From: Gemmatimonadota bacterium
Lineage (GTDB): Bacteria; Gemmatimonadota; Gemmatimonadetes; Gemmatimonadales; Gemmatimonadaceae
DNA: 35,434 bases
Assembly (NCBI GenBank): GCA_031372565.1
Contig: JANMLN010000005.1
Coordinates: forward strand, 1-35,434
Reading direction: 5' to 3'
Under the pieces are notes generated by a model. It was not told the DNA's origin and did no database searches. It was given only the letters and a program-made list of their open reading frames with translations. This document shows, one piece after another, positions 8,521 to 17,203 of the stretch. Each line of letters starts with the position of its first letter. The first letter of the stretch is position 1. Made by a program: the position numbers and the translations under genes.

Positions 8521-9011
8521 CTGCACCACAGCGCCCATCCACCGCGGTCACGATGACGCCGCGGCCGCCCGTGCACATCACCACGCGCTGGACGCACGAG
8601 ATCGCCTTCGTGAACAACGCGGTGAACGACCGCGCCCTCGTGCTCGACGGCCACTCGAAGGACGGCCAGTCACCGCCCGAGGCGCTGCTCTCGGCGCTCG
8701 CGAGCTGCACGATGGTCGATGTGATCGAGATCCTGACCAAGAAGCGGACGCCGGCCGTGCGCGCGGAGTGTCGCACGACGGGTGAACGGTTTGCGGGGGT
8801 GCCGGCCCGGTTCGTCGCCATCACGCTCGAGTACCACGTTGACGGCCCGGGCATCACCGAGGCGGCAGCCGAACAGGCGATCGATCTCGCCATCAACAAG
8901 TACTGCACCGTGCGTGACTCGCTCAACCCGGCCATCCGCTTCACGACGCGCCTTGTGCTCAACGGCACGACGTTCGCCGACAAGGACGCGACCCGGCCTG
9001 CTGCCCCGTAG
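8517..9011 (+). CDS. OsmC family protein
   Basis: [13 protein letters not shown] and KYCTV cysteines; ATGA overlap with the rhodanese gene. Confidence 0.9.
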   Translation: MTAPQRPSTAVTMTPRPPVHITTRWTHEIAFVNNAVNDRALVLDGHSKDGQSPPEALLSALASCTMVDVIEILTKKRTPAVRAECRTTGERFAGVPARFVAITLEYHVDGPGITEAAAEQAIDLAINKYCTVRDSLNPAIRFTTRLVLNGTTFADKDATRPAAP

Positions 9012-9047
9012 CATGCGCGCGTCGAGCGCGGCCTGCGTCACTGCGCC

Positions 9048-10220
9048 ATGAGTCCCGGGCCGGCGATCGTCTTCGGCACGGGGCACCTCGCGCAACGGAT
9101 GCGACGGCTGGTCGCGGCGCGCGGACATGCGGTGATCGCCCTGACACACGAGGCGATCCACGCCGGTGACGGCGACATGTCCGCCTTCGACGCGATCGGG
9201 CGGGCGGTTGCGTCGGTGGACCTCGCGACCGTCGACCGGATCTTTCTCGTCGATGACCGGGACGAGCGCAACCTCGAGATGTTGATTGCGCTCATCGCGC
9301 TGCGCCCCGCGCTCCCGATCGTCGCCACGCTGTTCAACGAGAACGTGGCGCCGCACCTGCAAGCGGCCCATCCGAACGTGCGCGTGCTCAATCCGGCCAA
9401 GATCGCGGCCGCGACCTTCATCGACGCGCTGGACGCGCCGCTGGAGCGGACACTGCGCTACGCGCCGGCGCCGATGCCGGTGGACCCGGTTCCCGTGCGC
9501 ACGGACCGCACGATTGCGCGACTGGTCGTTGCGTTCGCCGTGCTCGTCCTGGCGGCGGTGACGTACTTCCACGTGGCCGACGGTCTCAGCTGGCTCGACG
9601 CCGTGTACTTCGTGGTCGTGACGGTGGCCACCGTCGGGTACGGCGACATCAATCTGCAGCACGCCAGTGCAACGTCGAAAATCGTCGGTATCGGGCTGAT
9701 CCTCGCCTCGACCTGCTTCATCTGGATGATCTTCTCGCTGACCGTGGACGCGATCATCAAGCGACGCGTGCAACTGGCGCTGGGCCGCAAGTCGTACGAC
9801 CTGCGCGACCATGTCATCCTCTGCGGACTGGGGCGGCTCGGCACCTTCATCGCCGAGGGGCTGCTGCAGCGGGGGACGCGCGTGGTGATCGTCGAGTCGA
9901 ACGACGACTTGCCGTCGACCACCCACCTCAGGTCACTCGGCGCCGACGTGTACGTGGGCGACGCGCGGCAGCCGCGCGTGCTGCGCGACGTGGGGGTGAC
10001 GCGCGCCCGCGCGTTGTACTCCGTGGTGAACAACGACTTCGTGAATCTCGAGGTCGGACTCAACGCGCGATCGTTCGCGCCCGGGTTGCGCCTCATCCTG
10101 CGCATCTTCGACGAGTCGATGACGGAGCGGGTGCGCGACCACCTCGACATCCATCTCACCTATTCGATGTCCGCGATCGCGGATCAGATCATCTTCGACG
10201 CCTTGCCCGCGCGAAGCTGA
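9048..10220 (+). CDS. Potassium channel with RCK/TrkA-N domains
   Basis: TVGYGD selectivity filter, two TM helices, HVILCGLGRLG RCK domain, N-terminal GTGHLA Rossmann-like segment. Confidence 0.92.
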   Translation: MSPGPAIVFGTGHLAQRMRRLVAARGHAVIALTHEAIHAGDGDMSAFDAIGRAVASVDLATVDRIFLVDDRDERNLEMLIALIALRPALPIVATLFNENVAPHLQAAHPNVRVLNPAKIAAATFIDALDAPLERTLRYAPAPMPVDPVPVRTDRTIARLVVAFAVLVLAAVTYFHVADGLSWLDAVYFVVVTVATVGYGDINLQHASATSKIVGIGLILASTCFIWMIFSLTVDAIIKRRVQLALGRKSYDLRDHVILCGLGRLGTFIAEGLLQRGTRVVIVESNDDLPSTTHLRSLGADVYVGDARQPRVLRDVGVTRARALYSVVNNDFVNLEVGLNARSFAPGLRLILRIFDESMTERVRDHLDIHLTYSMSAIADQIIFDALPARS

Positions 10221-10226
10221 GCGCGG

Positions 10227-11006
10227 TCAGTCGCCGCCGCCGCCGCAGCTCGACGAACAGCTGGAACCGCCGCTGTCGCTGGAGCCGGAGTCGCTGGAGC
10301 TGGAGTCGCTGGAGCCCGAGTCGCTGGTCGCGGGTCCATCCCAGCTGTCGCCCGAGCCGCCGCCCGAGAAGCCACCCCCGCCCCCGAAGACCGACGCGTC
10401 GCCGCTCGAGCCGGCGCCGCTGCTTCCGAAGAAGGAGTGGAGCGGCTCCGAACCGACGTCGCTCCCCGCGCGCTCGTCCCGGCTCCGCTCTCGCGCCGCG
10501 CGCGCGCGCCGCGACGCCGCCGAATCCTTGGCGAGCTGGTCAGCGGTGAACTTGGGCGTGCCCCAGATGTCGGCCGGTGGCAGGCGGTCGAACTCGAACT
10601 GGTACGCGTCGATCGTCCGGGTGAACTGCTGTTGAAAGTGCGCCGTCTGGCTGTGCGACTGCATGAGCTCGGGATGATGATCGAAGTCGCGGCCGAGCAC
10701 GTCGCGGCAGAAATCGCGATAGGCGCGCGTGAAGAGCAGGTGCTCGTGCCAGACCTGATCGATCACCTTCGAGGGCGTGACGTCGACGCCGGTCGCGACA
10801 CCGAGATACACGAACTTCTTGTACTCGTGAATGGCGCGTAACGCGAAGTCGCGCTTCCAGCCGAGCTTGCGCCCCAACTTGCCGGCGAACGCCTGCGTCG
10901 AGGCATCGGCACCACGAAAGGCGGCCACCACGCGGTCGCTCAGATGGGGCGGAACGAGGTGGTCGAAGTGGTACTGCCTGATCCGAAGCCAGAGCTCTTT
11001 TTTCAT
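10227..11006 (-). CDS. Glycine-rich-domain (GRDP/TIGR04222-like) protein with Ser/Gly/Cys tail
   Basis: AIHEYKKFVYL, TPSKVIDQVWHEHLLFTRAY, HHP, PPADIW; tail SSCSSSCGGGGD. Confidence 0.82.
   Translation of the reverse strand: MKKELWLRIRQYHFDHLVPPHLSDRVVAAFRGADASTQAFAGKLGRKLGWKRDFALRAIHEYKKFVYLGVATGVDVTPSKVIDQVWHEHLLFTRAYRDFCRDVLGRDFDHHPELMQSHSQTAHFQQQFTRTIDAYQFEFDRLPPADIWGTPKFTADQLAKDSAASRRARAARERSRDERAGSDVGSEPLHSFFGSSGAGSSGDASVFGGGGGFSGGGSGDSWDGPATSDSGSSDSSSSDSGSSDSGGSSCSSSCGGGGD
10275..10327. repeat. 15-bp tandem repeat x3.5 encoding SDSG/SS
   Basis: GTCGCTGGAGCYSGA units at 10275, 10290, 10305 and a partial unit at 10320. Confidence 0.85.
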
Positions 11007-11236
11007 GGCTGGAATCTGCGGCGCCTTGTCCGGTCTGCGCGAGGGTCGATGCGCACGTCGCCCTCCATGACCGTGCGGTCGCAGCATGGTAAGTTGAACC
11101 GGATGTGGCCCCCGACATTCGTGGCCCGCGTGCCGAGCCGCACCGCGACGGAATCGTACCCGGCGCTCGACGGTGCCTCGGACGACGCCAGCGCGGGCAG
11201 GATCACGGCCAACACGCTTCCGACGAGATGACGCAT
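11003..11236 (-). pseudogene. Truncated DUF1259 (LppY/LpqO)-like gene remnant
   Basis: GGAG RBS, signal peptide, then YDSVAVRLGTRATNVGGHIRFNLP..DRTVMEGDVRIDP resembling the DUF1259 N-terminus; ends after 77 aa in an ATGA overlap. Confidence 0.5.
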
Positions 11237-11269
11237 CACGTAGCTCCAGTTCCGGGGAATGAATCGCAT

Positions 11270-13498
11270 GTGGCCGCTCGCGCAGCTTCGTGGCGGTGGA
11301 CCGCTGCGCGCTCAGGGCTTCCGCTCGTCCTGCTGCTCGGCCTGTCGTCCGTTTCGCTGAGCGCCCAGGCGCCAGACTCCGCGGCGCGCGCCGACTCGGT
11401 GGCGCGGTCGCGCCGCGCTCGTGCTGTGCGCGGGGTCGTGGTCACCGCCTCGCGCGAGGCCCGCTCGCTCGCCGGGGTGCCCGCCGCCGTGAGCCTGATC
11501 GACTCGGTCGCGCTGGCGCGCACGCGGCTGGTGCACGTTGGCGACGCGCTGCGCGCCGTGCCCGGTGTGACGGCGGGTTCACTCTACGGCACCGAGGATG
11601 TGAAGATCACCACGCGAGGCTCCGGCGTTCGCTCGGGATTCGGCGTGCGGGGGGTCGCGATTCTGCTCGATGGCATTCCGCTCACGGAGCCCGACGGCCA
11701 AGGGCGACTCGACCTGGTGGAGCTGGGCACCGCCGAACGCGTCGAGGTCGTGCGCGGGCCCGTCTCGGCGCTCTACGGCGGCGCGGCCGGGGGGGGCGCG
11801 GTCAACCTGATCTCGCGTACCGGCGCCGACCAGCCGGGGTGGATGGTGCGGCTGCTGGCCGGCCAGTTTGGCACGCAGCGCGGTGACGTGCAGTGGGGCG
11901 GTGTCGACGGCGATCGCGACCTGCTCGTGTCGGCGAGCTACAGCGGACTCGAGGGCTATCGCGACGTGTCGCAGGGCACCAACCGTCGTGCACGCGTCCT
12001 CGCCCGCTCGGGGACGCCGGAAGAGCGTCGCTGGACGCTCGACCTGGCCTGGTCGTTGCTCGACCAGCGGATTCCCGGCGCACTGACGCAGATCGAGTGG
12101 GACCAGCGCGCCGAGACCGCGGAGAGCATCAACGTGGCCAACCGGTTCCGCCGCTTCGAGGAGCGCTGGCGCGCCGGCGTCCGCATGGCGCAGCCGGCCG
12201 CGGGCGGCGCATTCGACGCGTGGGCGGTCGCGTCGGGACGCGACCAGACGGCCAGCATCTTCCAGTACCTCACGCAATCGCTCAAGCGACTCCAGTTGGG
12301 CACGCAGTGGGCGCGCAGCTGGAACGCGGCTCCGCTCGCACCGCGGCTCGTGACCGGCGTCGAGTGGGACCGGACGCGCGGCCCGCAGACCAACTTCACG
12401 AACGCGCGCGGCACTCCGCAGCTGTCGCCGATCTGCGTGAACGATCGCACCAACGGCGTCTTCAATTCGGCGTGCGTGGACCAGCTCGCCGAGGCGACCT
12501 CGATCGGGGCGTTTGCGCAGGGCGAGGCGTCACGCGGACCGTTCGCGGTCACCGCCGGTATCCGCTACGACGAGATCCGCTATGCGATCGACAACATCAT
12601 TCGCCCGCAGCAGGGGCTCGCGCGCACCTTCACTCAGGTGAGTCCCAAGGTCGCGCTCAGTTGGCAGGCGCGGCCGACGATCCGCACGTGGCTGTCGCTG
12701 TCGCGCGGGTTCGAGGTTCCGACCGCGACCGAGCTCTCCACCTCACCCGACACGATCCGCGCCTTCAATGACGCGCTCGGATCGTCGTCCACCTGGATGA
12801 CCGAGCTGGGCGCGCGCGGCACACTCGGGAGCCGCATCACGTTCGACTTCGCGATCTACAAGGCGCGCGTCGAGGGGGATTTCGTGAGCCGCACGGTCGC
12901 GATCCCGGGGGTCGCAGTGCCGCGATCGATCTTCGAGAACGCCGGCACGGTCGACCGACTCGGCATCGAGATCGCGGGAACGCTCGCGCTGCTCGACGGA
13001 CTCGAGGCGCGCGGCAGCTACACCTACGGCGAGCACGTGTTCGCGTCGTACGTCACGACGGTCACGGGGCCCGGGTACACCGCCGTGCCGCTCGATGCGG
13101 CGGGCAGCCGCGTCCCGGGCATCCCGCTGCATCGCGGCGTGCTCGAGCTGCGCGCACAGCCGACGCGCGCCATCGGCCTCTCATTCACGGCCGAGGGACA
13201 ATCGGCGCTCTTCGTGGAGAACACCAATGCCGGAAGCGGCGTGGTGTATCAGCGCACGTCGGCGGCCTCCGCAGCGCCGGCCGGGCGCATCGTGCCCTTT
13301 CGCGCGGTACGCGGCACGATCCTCACGCATGCGAGCCTGACGTGGGCGACGGGCCCGGCCACCTGGTTTCTGGTTGCCGAGAATCTGGGCGATGCGCGCA
13401 CCGCGTCGAGCATCACGATCAACGCGAGCAACGGGCGCTTCTACTATCCGACGCCGCCGCGCACGGTGTCGGTCGGCTGCACGCTCCGGGTCGAGTAG
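11270..13498 (+). CDS. TonB-dependent receptor
   Basis: Signal peptide, VVVTASR TonB box region, plug motifs VPGV, ILLDGIPL, ERVEVVRGPVSALYG..GGAVNLIS; start uncertain (11228 or 11270). Confidence 0.93.
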   Translation: MAARAASWRWTAARSGLPLVLLLGLSSVSLSAQAPDSAARADSVARSRRARAVRGVVVTASREARSLAGVPAAVSLIDSVALARTRLVHVGDALRAVPGVTAGSLYGTEDVKITTRGSGVRSGFGVRGVAILLDGIPLTEPDGQGRLDLVELGTAERVEVVRGPVSALYGGAAGGGAVNLISRTGADQPGWMVRLLAGQFGTQRGDVQWGGVDGDRDLLVSASYSGLEGYRDVSQGTNRRARVLARSGTPEERRWTLDLAWSLLDQRIPGALTQIEWDQRAETAESINVANRFRRFEERWRAGVRMAQPAAGGAFDAWAVASGRDQTASIFQYLTQSLKRLQLGTQWARSWNAAPLAPRLVTGVEWDRTRGPQTNFTNARGTPQLSPICVNDRTNGVFNSACVDQLAEATSIGAFAQGEASRGPFAVTAGIRYDEIRYAIDNIIRPQQGLARTFTQVSPKVALSWQARPTIRTWLSLSRGFEVPTATELSTSPDTIRAFNDALGSSSTWMTELGARGTLGSRITFDFAIYKARVEGDFVSRTVAIPGVAVPRSIFENAGTVDRLGIEIAGTLALLDGLEARGSYTYGEHVFASYVTTVTGPGYTAVPLDAAGSRVPGIPLHRGVLELRAQPTRAIGLSFTAEGQSALFVENTNAGSGVVYQRTSAASAAPAGRIVPFRAVRGTILTHASLTWATGPATWFLVAENLGDARTASSITINASNGRFYYPTPPRTVSVGCTLRVE

Positions 13499-13514
13499 GG
13501 GTGCCCGCCGCCTG

Positions 13515-13958
13515 ATGTCGACGCTCCTTGCTCCCGTACGCCCGACCTTTCGCGCGCTGGCCGAAGCCATGGTGCCGGCGACGCAGCACTATGGTGCGGC
13601 CGAGTGGGCGGAGATGGAAGCGATGGTGGAGACGGCGCTCGGCGCCCGACCGCGCGCCCTGCAGCAGCAGCTGCTGACCTTCGTGCGCGTGGTGAACCTG
13701 CTGGCCGTGCCGTTGAGCGGGCGCACGCTGGTGGCGCTGCGTGCCGCGGCGCGCGAGCGGGTACTGCATCGGCTGGAGCGCGCACCGGTGGCGTTGCTTC
13801 GGCGGGGTGTCTGGGGGGTGCGGACGCTGATTTTCATGGGGCACTACGCGCGTGTGCGGGACGGGGGCCGTGGTCGTGGGGGGGGCGAGGGGGGTGGTGG
13901 TTTGCCACCAGAAAAAACAGAAGCAGGTCCTTCGCTTCGCTCAGGACGACGGGCGTGA
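13515..13958 (+). CDS. Gluconate-2-dehydrogenase subunit-3-like small partner of the GMC oxidoreductase
   Basis: FRALAEAMVP...RERVLHRLE..LLRRGVWGVRTLIFMGHY; TGATG coupling to the GMC gene; tail is low-complexity and REP-derived. Confidence 0.7.
   Translation: MSTLLAPVRPTFRALAEAMVPATQHYGAAEWAEMEAMVETALGARPRALQQQLLTFVRVVNLLAVPLSGRTLVALRAAARERVLHRLERAPVALLRRGVWGVRTLIFMGHYARVRDGGRGRGGGEGGGGLPPEKTEAGPSLRSGRRA
13919..13953 (-). repeat. REP-like element within the coding frame
   Basis: AGAAGCAGGTCCTTCGCTTCGCTCAGGACGACGGG, a full consensus copy. Confidence 0.85.
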
Positions 13959-15460
13959 TGTACGACGTCATCATCGTCGGGTCGGGCGCGGCGGGGGGCA
14001 CGGTGGCGCACGCGCTGATCCCGCTGGTACAGGCGGGACGTCGCGTCCTCGTGCTCGAGCAGGGCCCGCGCCTCGACGATCACGAGTTCACCGGGCGCGA
14101 ACTCGAGATGGCGAATGCGCTGTTCGAGGACGGCGGCGGCGTGCTCACGGCGGATGGCGCCATGACACTCGCGTTCGGCCGCGCGTACGGCGGGAGCACG
14201 GTGACCTACACCGGCACCTCGCTCGTACCGGAGCCGCACGTGTTCGAGCACTGGCAGGTGCCCGGCATCACGCATGCGGACATCGCCGAACGCGCGGCGC
14301 GGTTTGCCGAACAGAATGGCGTCCACTTCCTGCGCGACGACGAGATCAACGAGAACAACGGGCTCTTTGCCGCCGGCTGTCGTACGATGGGTCTCGAGGC
14401 GGGCCGCTTTCCCGTGAATACGCGCGGCTGCAAAGGCTCGGGGCTCTGCAACCTGGGCTGCCCCAACGCGGCCAAGCAGGGCACGCACCGCGTCCAACTG
14501 CCCGCCGCCGAACGGGCCGGCGTGGAGGTCGTCACGCGTGCGGAAGTGCTGCGCGTCGGCGAGCGCGAGGTGCAGGTGCTGGTGCACGCCAAGCCGAGCG
14601 GCGCGAAGGGGCGCGAGAGCGAATGGGCGCCGGGCAGCTACACGGTGCGCGGCGCGGCCATCGTCCTCTGCGGCGGCAGCATCGGCAGCACCGCCCTGCT
14701 GCTGCGGTCAGGGTTTGCGCGCGCCCTTCCCCGCCTGGGCGAACGCTTCACCTGCCACCCCGCGCACATTCTCGTGGGCGAGCATGCGCAGCCGATCGGG
14801 CAGTCCGGCTTTCCCAAGACCTACTTCCTGGACCGGCCGGACGAGGGGTTCATTCTCGAGACCTGCATGTACTTCCCGTTCATCACGGCCAAGAACCTGA
14901 CCGGCTTCGGCGTCGATCACCAGCGGTTCCTCGATGCGTTCGACCGACTGCAGATGATCCTCGTGCTGGCGCACGACAAGGCGGTACCGGGTAACCGGAT
15001 TTCGGTCGACGCCAACGGACGCGCGGTGGTGCACTACACGTTCACCCCCGCCGTGCGGAAAGCGCTGGTGGCCGCAACGCGGCTCTCCGCGCGTATCTTC
15101 TTCGGGGCGGGGGCCGTGCGCGTGCATGCCCCGTCGGCTGATCCGCCGCTCCTCACGCGTGACGACCTGCCGTACCTCGAGACTCGCGTGCACGAGCGCC
15201 ACTTCCTGACGCATCGCATTTCCGTTTCGTCGGCCCACATGATGGGCGGCTGTGGCATGGGTCGCACGGCGGCCGATTCAGTGACGGACGCCTGGGGACG
15301 CGTGCACGGACTGCCATGGCTGCGCGTCGCCGATTCGGCCCTCTTCCCCGACTCGTCGGACGTGAATCCGTACCTCACCGTGATGGCGCTGGCCGATCGC
15401 GCCGCCCAAGCGCTCATCGACGACCTGGGCGCGCTGCGCGCCGCGGCACACGCCGCATGA
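13958..15460 (+). CDS. GMC family FAD oxidoreductase with Cys cluster
   Basis: YDVIIVGSGAAGG, LVLEQG, GGST, CKGSGLCNLGCP, AHMMGGCGMG, VNPYLTVMALA. Confidence 0.92.
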   Translation: MYDVIIVGSGAAGGTVAHALIPLVQAGRRVLVLEQGPRLDDHEFTGRELEMANALFEDGGGVLTADGAMTLAFGRAYGGSTVTYTGTSLVPEPHVFEHWQVPGITHADIAERAARFAEQNGVHFLRDDEINENNGLFAAGCRTMGLEAGRFPVNTRGCKGSGLCNLGCPNAAKQGTHRVQLPAAERAGVEVVTRAEVLRVGEREVQVLVHAKPSGAKGRESEWAPGSYTVRGAAIVLCGGSIGSTALLLRSGFARALPRLGERFTCHPAHILVGEHAQPIGQSGFPKTYFLDRPDEGFILETCMYFPFITAKNLTGFGVDHQRFLDAFDRLQMILVLAHDKAVPGNRISVDANGRAVVHYTFTPAVRKALVAATRLSARIFFGAGAVRVHAPSADPPLLTRDDLPYLETRVHERHFLTHRISVSSAHMMGGCGMGRTAADSVTDAWGRVHGLPWLRVADSALFPDSSDVNPYLTVMALADRAAQALIDDLGALRAAAHAA

Positions 15461-16092
15461 ACCTCGCCGACCTCCGTCTCGACTACGCGCGCGCTTCGTT
15501 CTCGGAGCACGAAGCCGCCGACGATCCGTACACGCAGTTCGCGCGCTGGTTCGCGGACGCGCAGGCGGCGCAGGTGCATGAACCCAACGCGATGGCGCTC
15601 GCCACCACGACCGCGGCCGGTGCACCGTCGGTGCGCATCGTGCTGCTCAAGGACGTGAACCCGCAGGGGTTCGCCTTCTTCACCGACTATCGCAGTCGCA
15701 AGGCGCAGGAGCTCGAGAGCACGCACCATGCCGCGCTCTGTTTTCACTGGGGGGAACTCGAGCGGCAGGTGCGCATTGCCGGCACGGTGACGCGCATGTC
15801 ACCGGACGAGAGCGCGTCGTACTTCCGCTCGCGGCCGCTCGGCAGTCGCGTCGGCGCACACGCGTCGCATCAGTCGTCGGTCCTGCCCTCGCGCGAAATG
15901 CTGGAAGCGCGCGTGGCCGAGCTCACCGCATCGCTCGGCGACGACCCGCCGCTCCCCGCGCACTGGGGCGGCTATCGCGTGTCGCCCGTGGAGGTGGAGT
16001 TCTGGCAGGGTCGGTCGAGCCGACTCCACGACCGGGTGCAGTATCTGCGCACCGACGCGGGCGGTTGGACCCGGCGGCGCCTGTCGCCGTGA
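15457..16092 (+). CDS. pdxH: Pyridoxamine 5'-phosphate oxidase
   Basis: EPNAMALAT, RIVLLK, ERQVRI, YFRSRP, HWGGYR, EFWQGRSSRLHDR, RLSP; ATGA overlap. Confidence 0.97.
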   Translation: MNLADLRLDYARASFSEHEAADDPYTQFARWFADAQAAQVHEPNAMALATTTAAGAPSVRIVLLKDVNPQGFAFFTDYRSRKAQELESTHHAALCFHWGELERQVRIAGTVTRMSPDESASYFRSRPLGSRVGAHASHQSSVLPSREMLEARVAELTASLGDDPPLPAHWGGYRVSPVEVEFWQGRSSRLHDRVQYLRTDAGGWTRRRLSP

Positions 16093-17195
16093 GCGGCGTG
16101 ACGCACACCGGCGTGGTTGTCCGCGATGCGACCGTTGCCGATGCGCTGCGGCTCGCGGAGTTCGGCGCGCGGACCTTTGCCGCCACGTACGCACACGTGA
16201 ACGATCCGGCGCACACCGCAGCGCATGTTTCGCGCGTCTTTGGCGAGTCGCTGCAGCGTGCGGAGATCGAGGATCCCGCGCGCCAGCTGCTGTTGGTCGA
16301 TGTCGACGGCGTGCTGGCGGCGTACGCGTTGCTGCACCTGGGTGCCCCGTGTCCCGTGACGTGGACGGAGGGCGTGCAGGCGGAGCTGGAGCGGCTGTAC
16401 GTGGATACGCCGTGGCAGGGCCGCGGCCTCTCCGATGCCCTCATGGACGCGCTGCTCGAGCGCGGCGTGGCGCGTGGCGCGGACTCGCTATGGCTCGGCG
16501 TGTGGCAGGAGAATGCGCGCGCGATCCGCTTCTACGAGCGGCGTGGACTTCGCGAGGTCGGAACGACGACGTTCCTGTACGGCGACGAACCGCAGATCGA
16601 TCGGGTGTACGTGCTGGCCCTTCGTGAACGGCGCACGCCGGTCATCGGCGCCGCCGTGAAGGTGGTGCGCCCGGAGCTCACCGTGCGGCTGCAGCGTGGC
16701 CGCGACGGACGCGACCTGCTCGTGTGCGTGCGCGCCGACGGAACCACGAGCTGGCTGCGCCGTCCGACGGGGCTGCCGCGCCGAGACCGTGCTTTGCTGG
16801 CGATCGAGGGCGCCGTCGCGCTCGAGGGCGGCGTCTTTGCGCGTGTCGCGGAGGGGGCGGAGCTCCTCGAGCTGCTGCGGCCAGAGCACACCACCATGCA
16901 GGACGCGCTGGGCTGGTCGCTCCGGTTCGCGGCGCTGATCGACGCCGAACAGGCGTCGCCGAGTCTGGCGACGCTGGCGATGATGCAGGCGACGCTGGCC
17001 GATCGATCACACGAGGTGATGTCGCCGGTGGTGCTCGACGAGGCGCTGCTCGCCGAGATCCGCTCACGCGTGGCCGAACTCGAGGCGACGTGGCGGCGGG
17101 TGCCGGCCGGCGAGGCGCTGGAGTTCGCCTTCACCCCCGGCGTGTCCGGTGGACTGAGCGCACCGGTCAGGCGCCGGGCGGCGCAGACGCCGTAG
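16089..17195 (+). CDS. GNAT acetyltransferase (PaiA-like) fused to a domain of unknown function
   Basis: ELERLYV..WQGRG, LWLGVWQENARAIRFYERRG; about 190 additional C-terminal aa; GTGA overlap with pdxH. Confidence 0.85.
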   Translation: MSGVTHTGVVVRDATVADALRLAEFGARTFAATYAHVNDPAHTAAHVSRVFGESLQRAEIEDPARQLLLVDVDGVLAAYALLHLGAPCPVTWTEGVQAELERLYVDTPWQGRGLSDALMDALLERGVARGADSLWLGVWQENARAIRFYERRGLREVGTTTFLYGDEPQIDRVYVLALRERRTPVIGAAVKVVRPELTVRLQRGRDGRDLLVCVRADGTTSWLRRPTGLPRRDRALLAIEGAVALEGGVFARVAEGAELLELLRPEHTTMQDALGWSLRFAALIDAEQASPSLATLAMMQATLADRSHEVMSPVVLDEALLAEIRSRVAELEATWRRVPAGEALEFAFTPGVSGGLSAPVRRRAAQTP

Positions 17196-17203
17196 CGACG
17201 CGC

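Noticed and set aside
13895..13917. Intrinsic terminator TGGTGG-TTTG-CCACCA-GAAAAAA
   Set aside because: The A-run is 3' of the stem on the plus strand, so neither strand has a U-tract after the hairpin.
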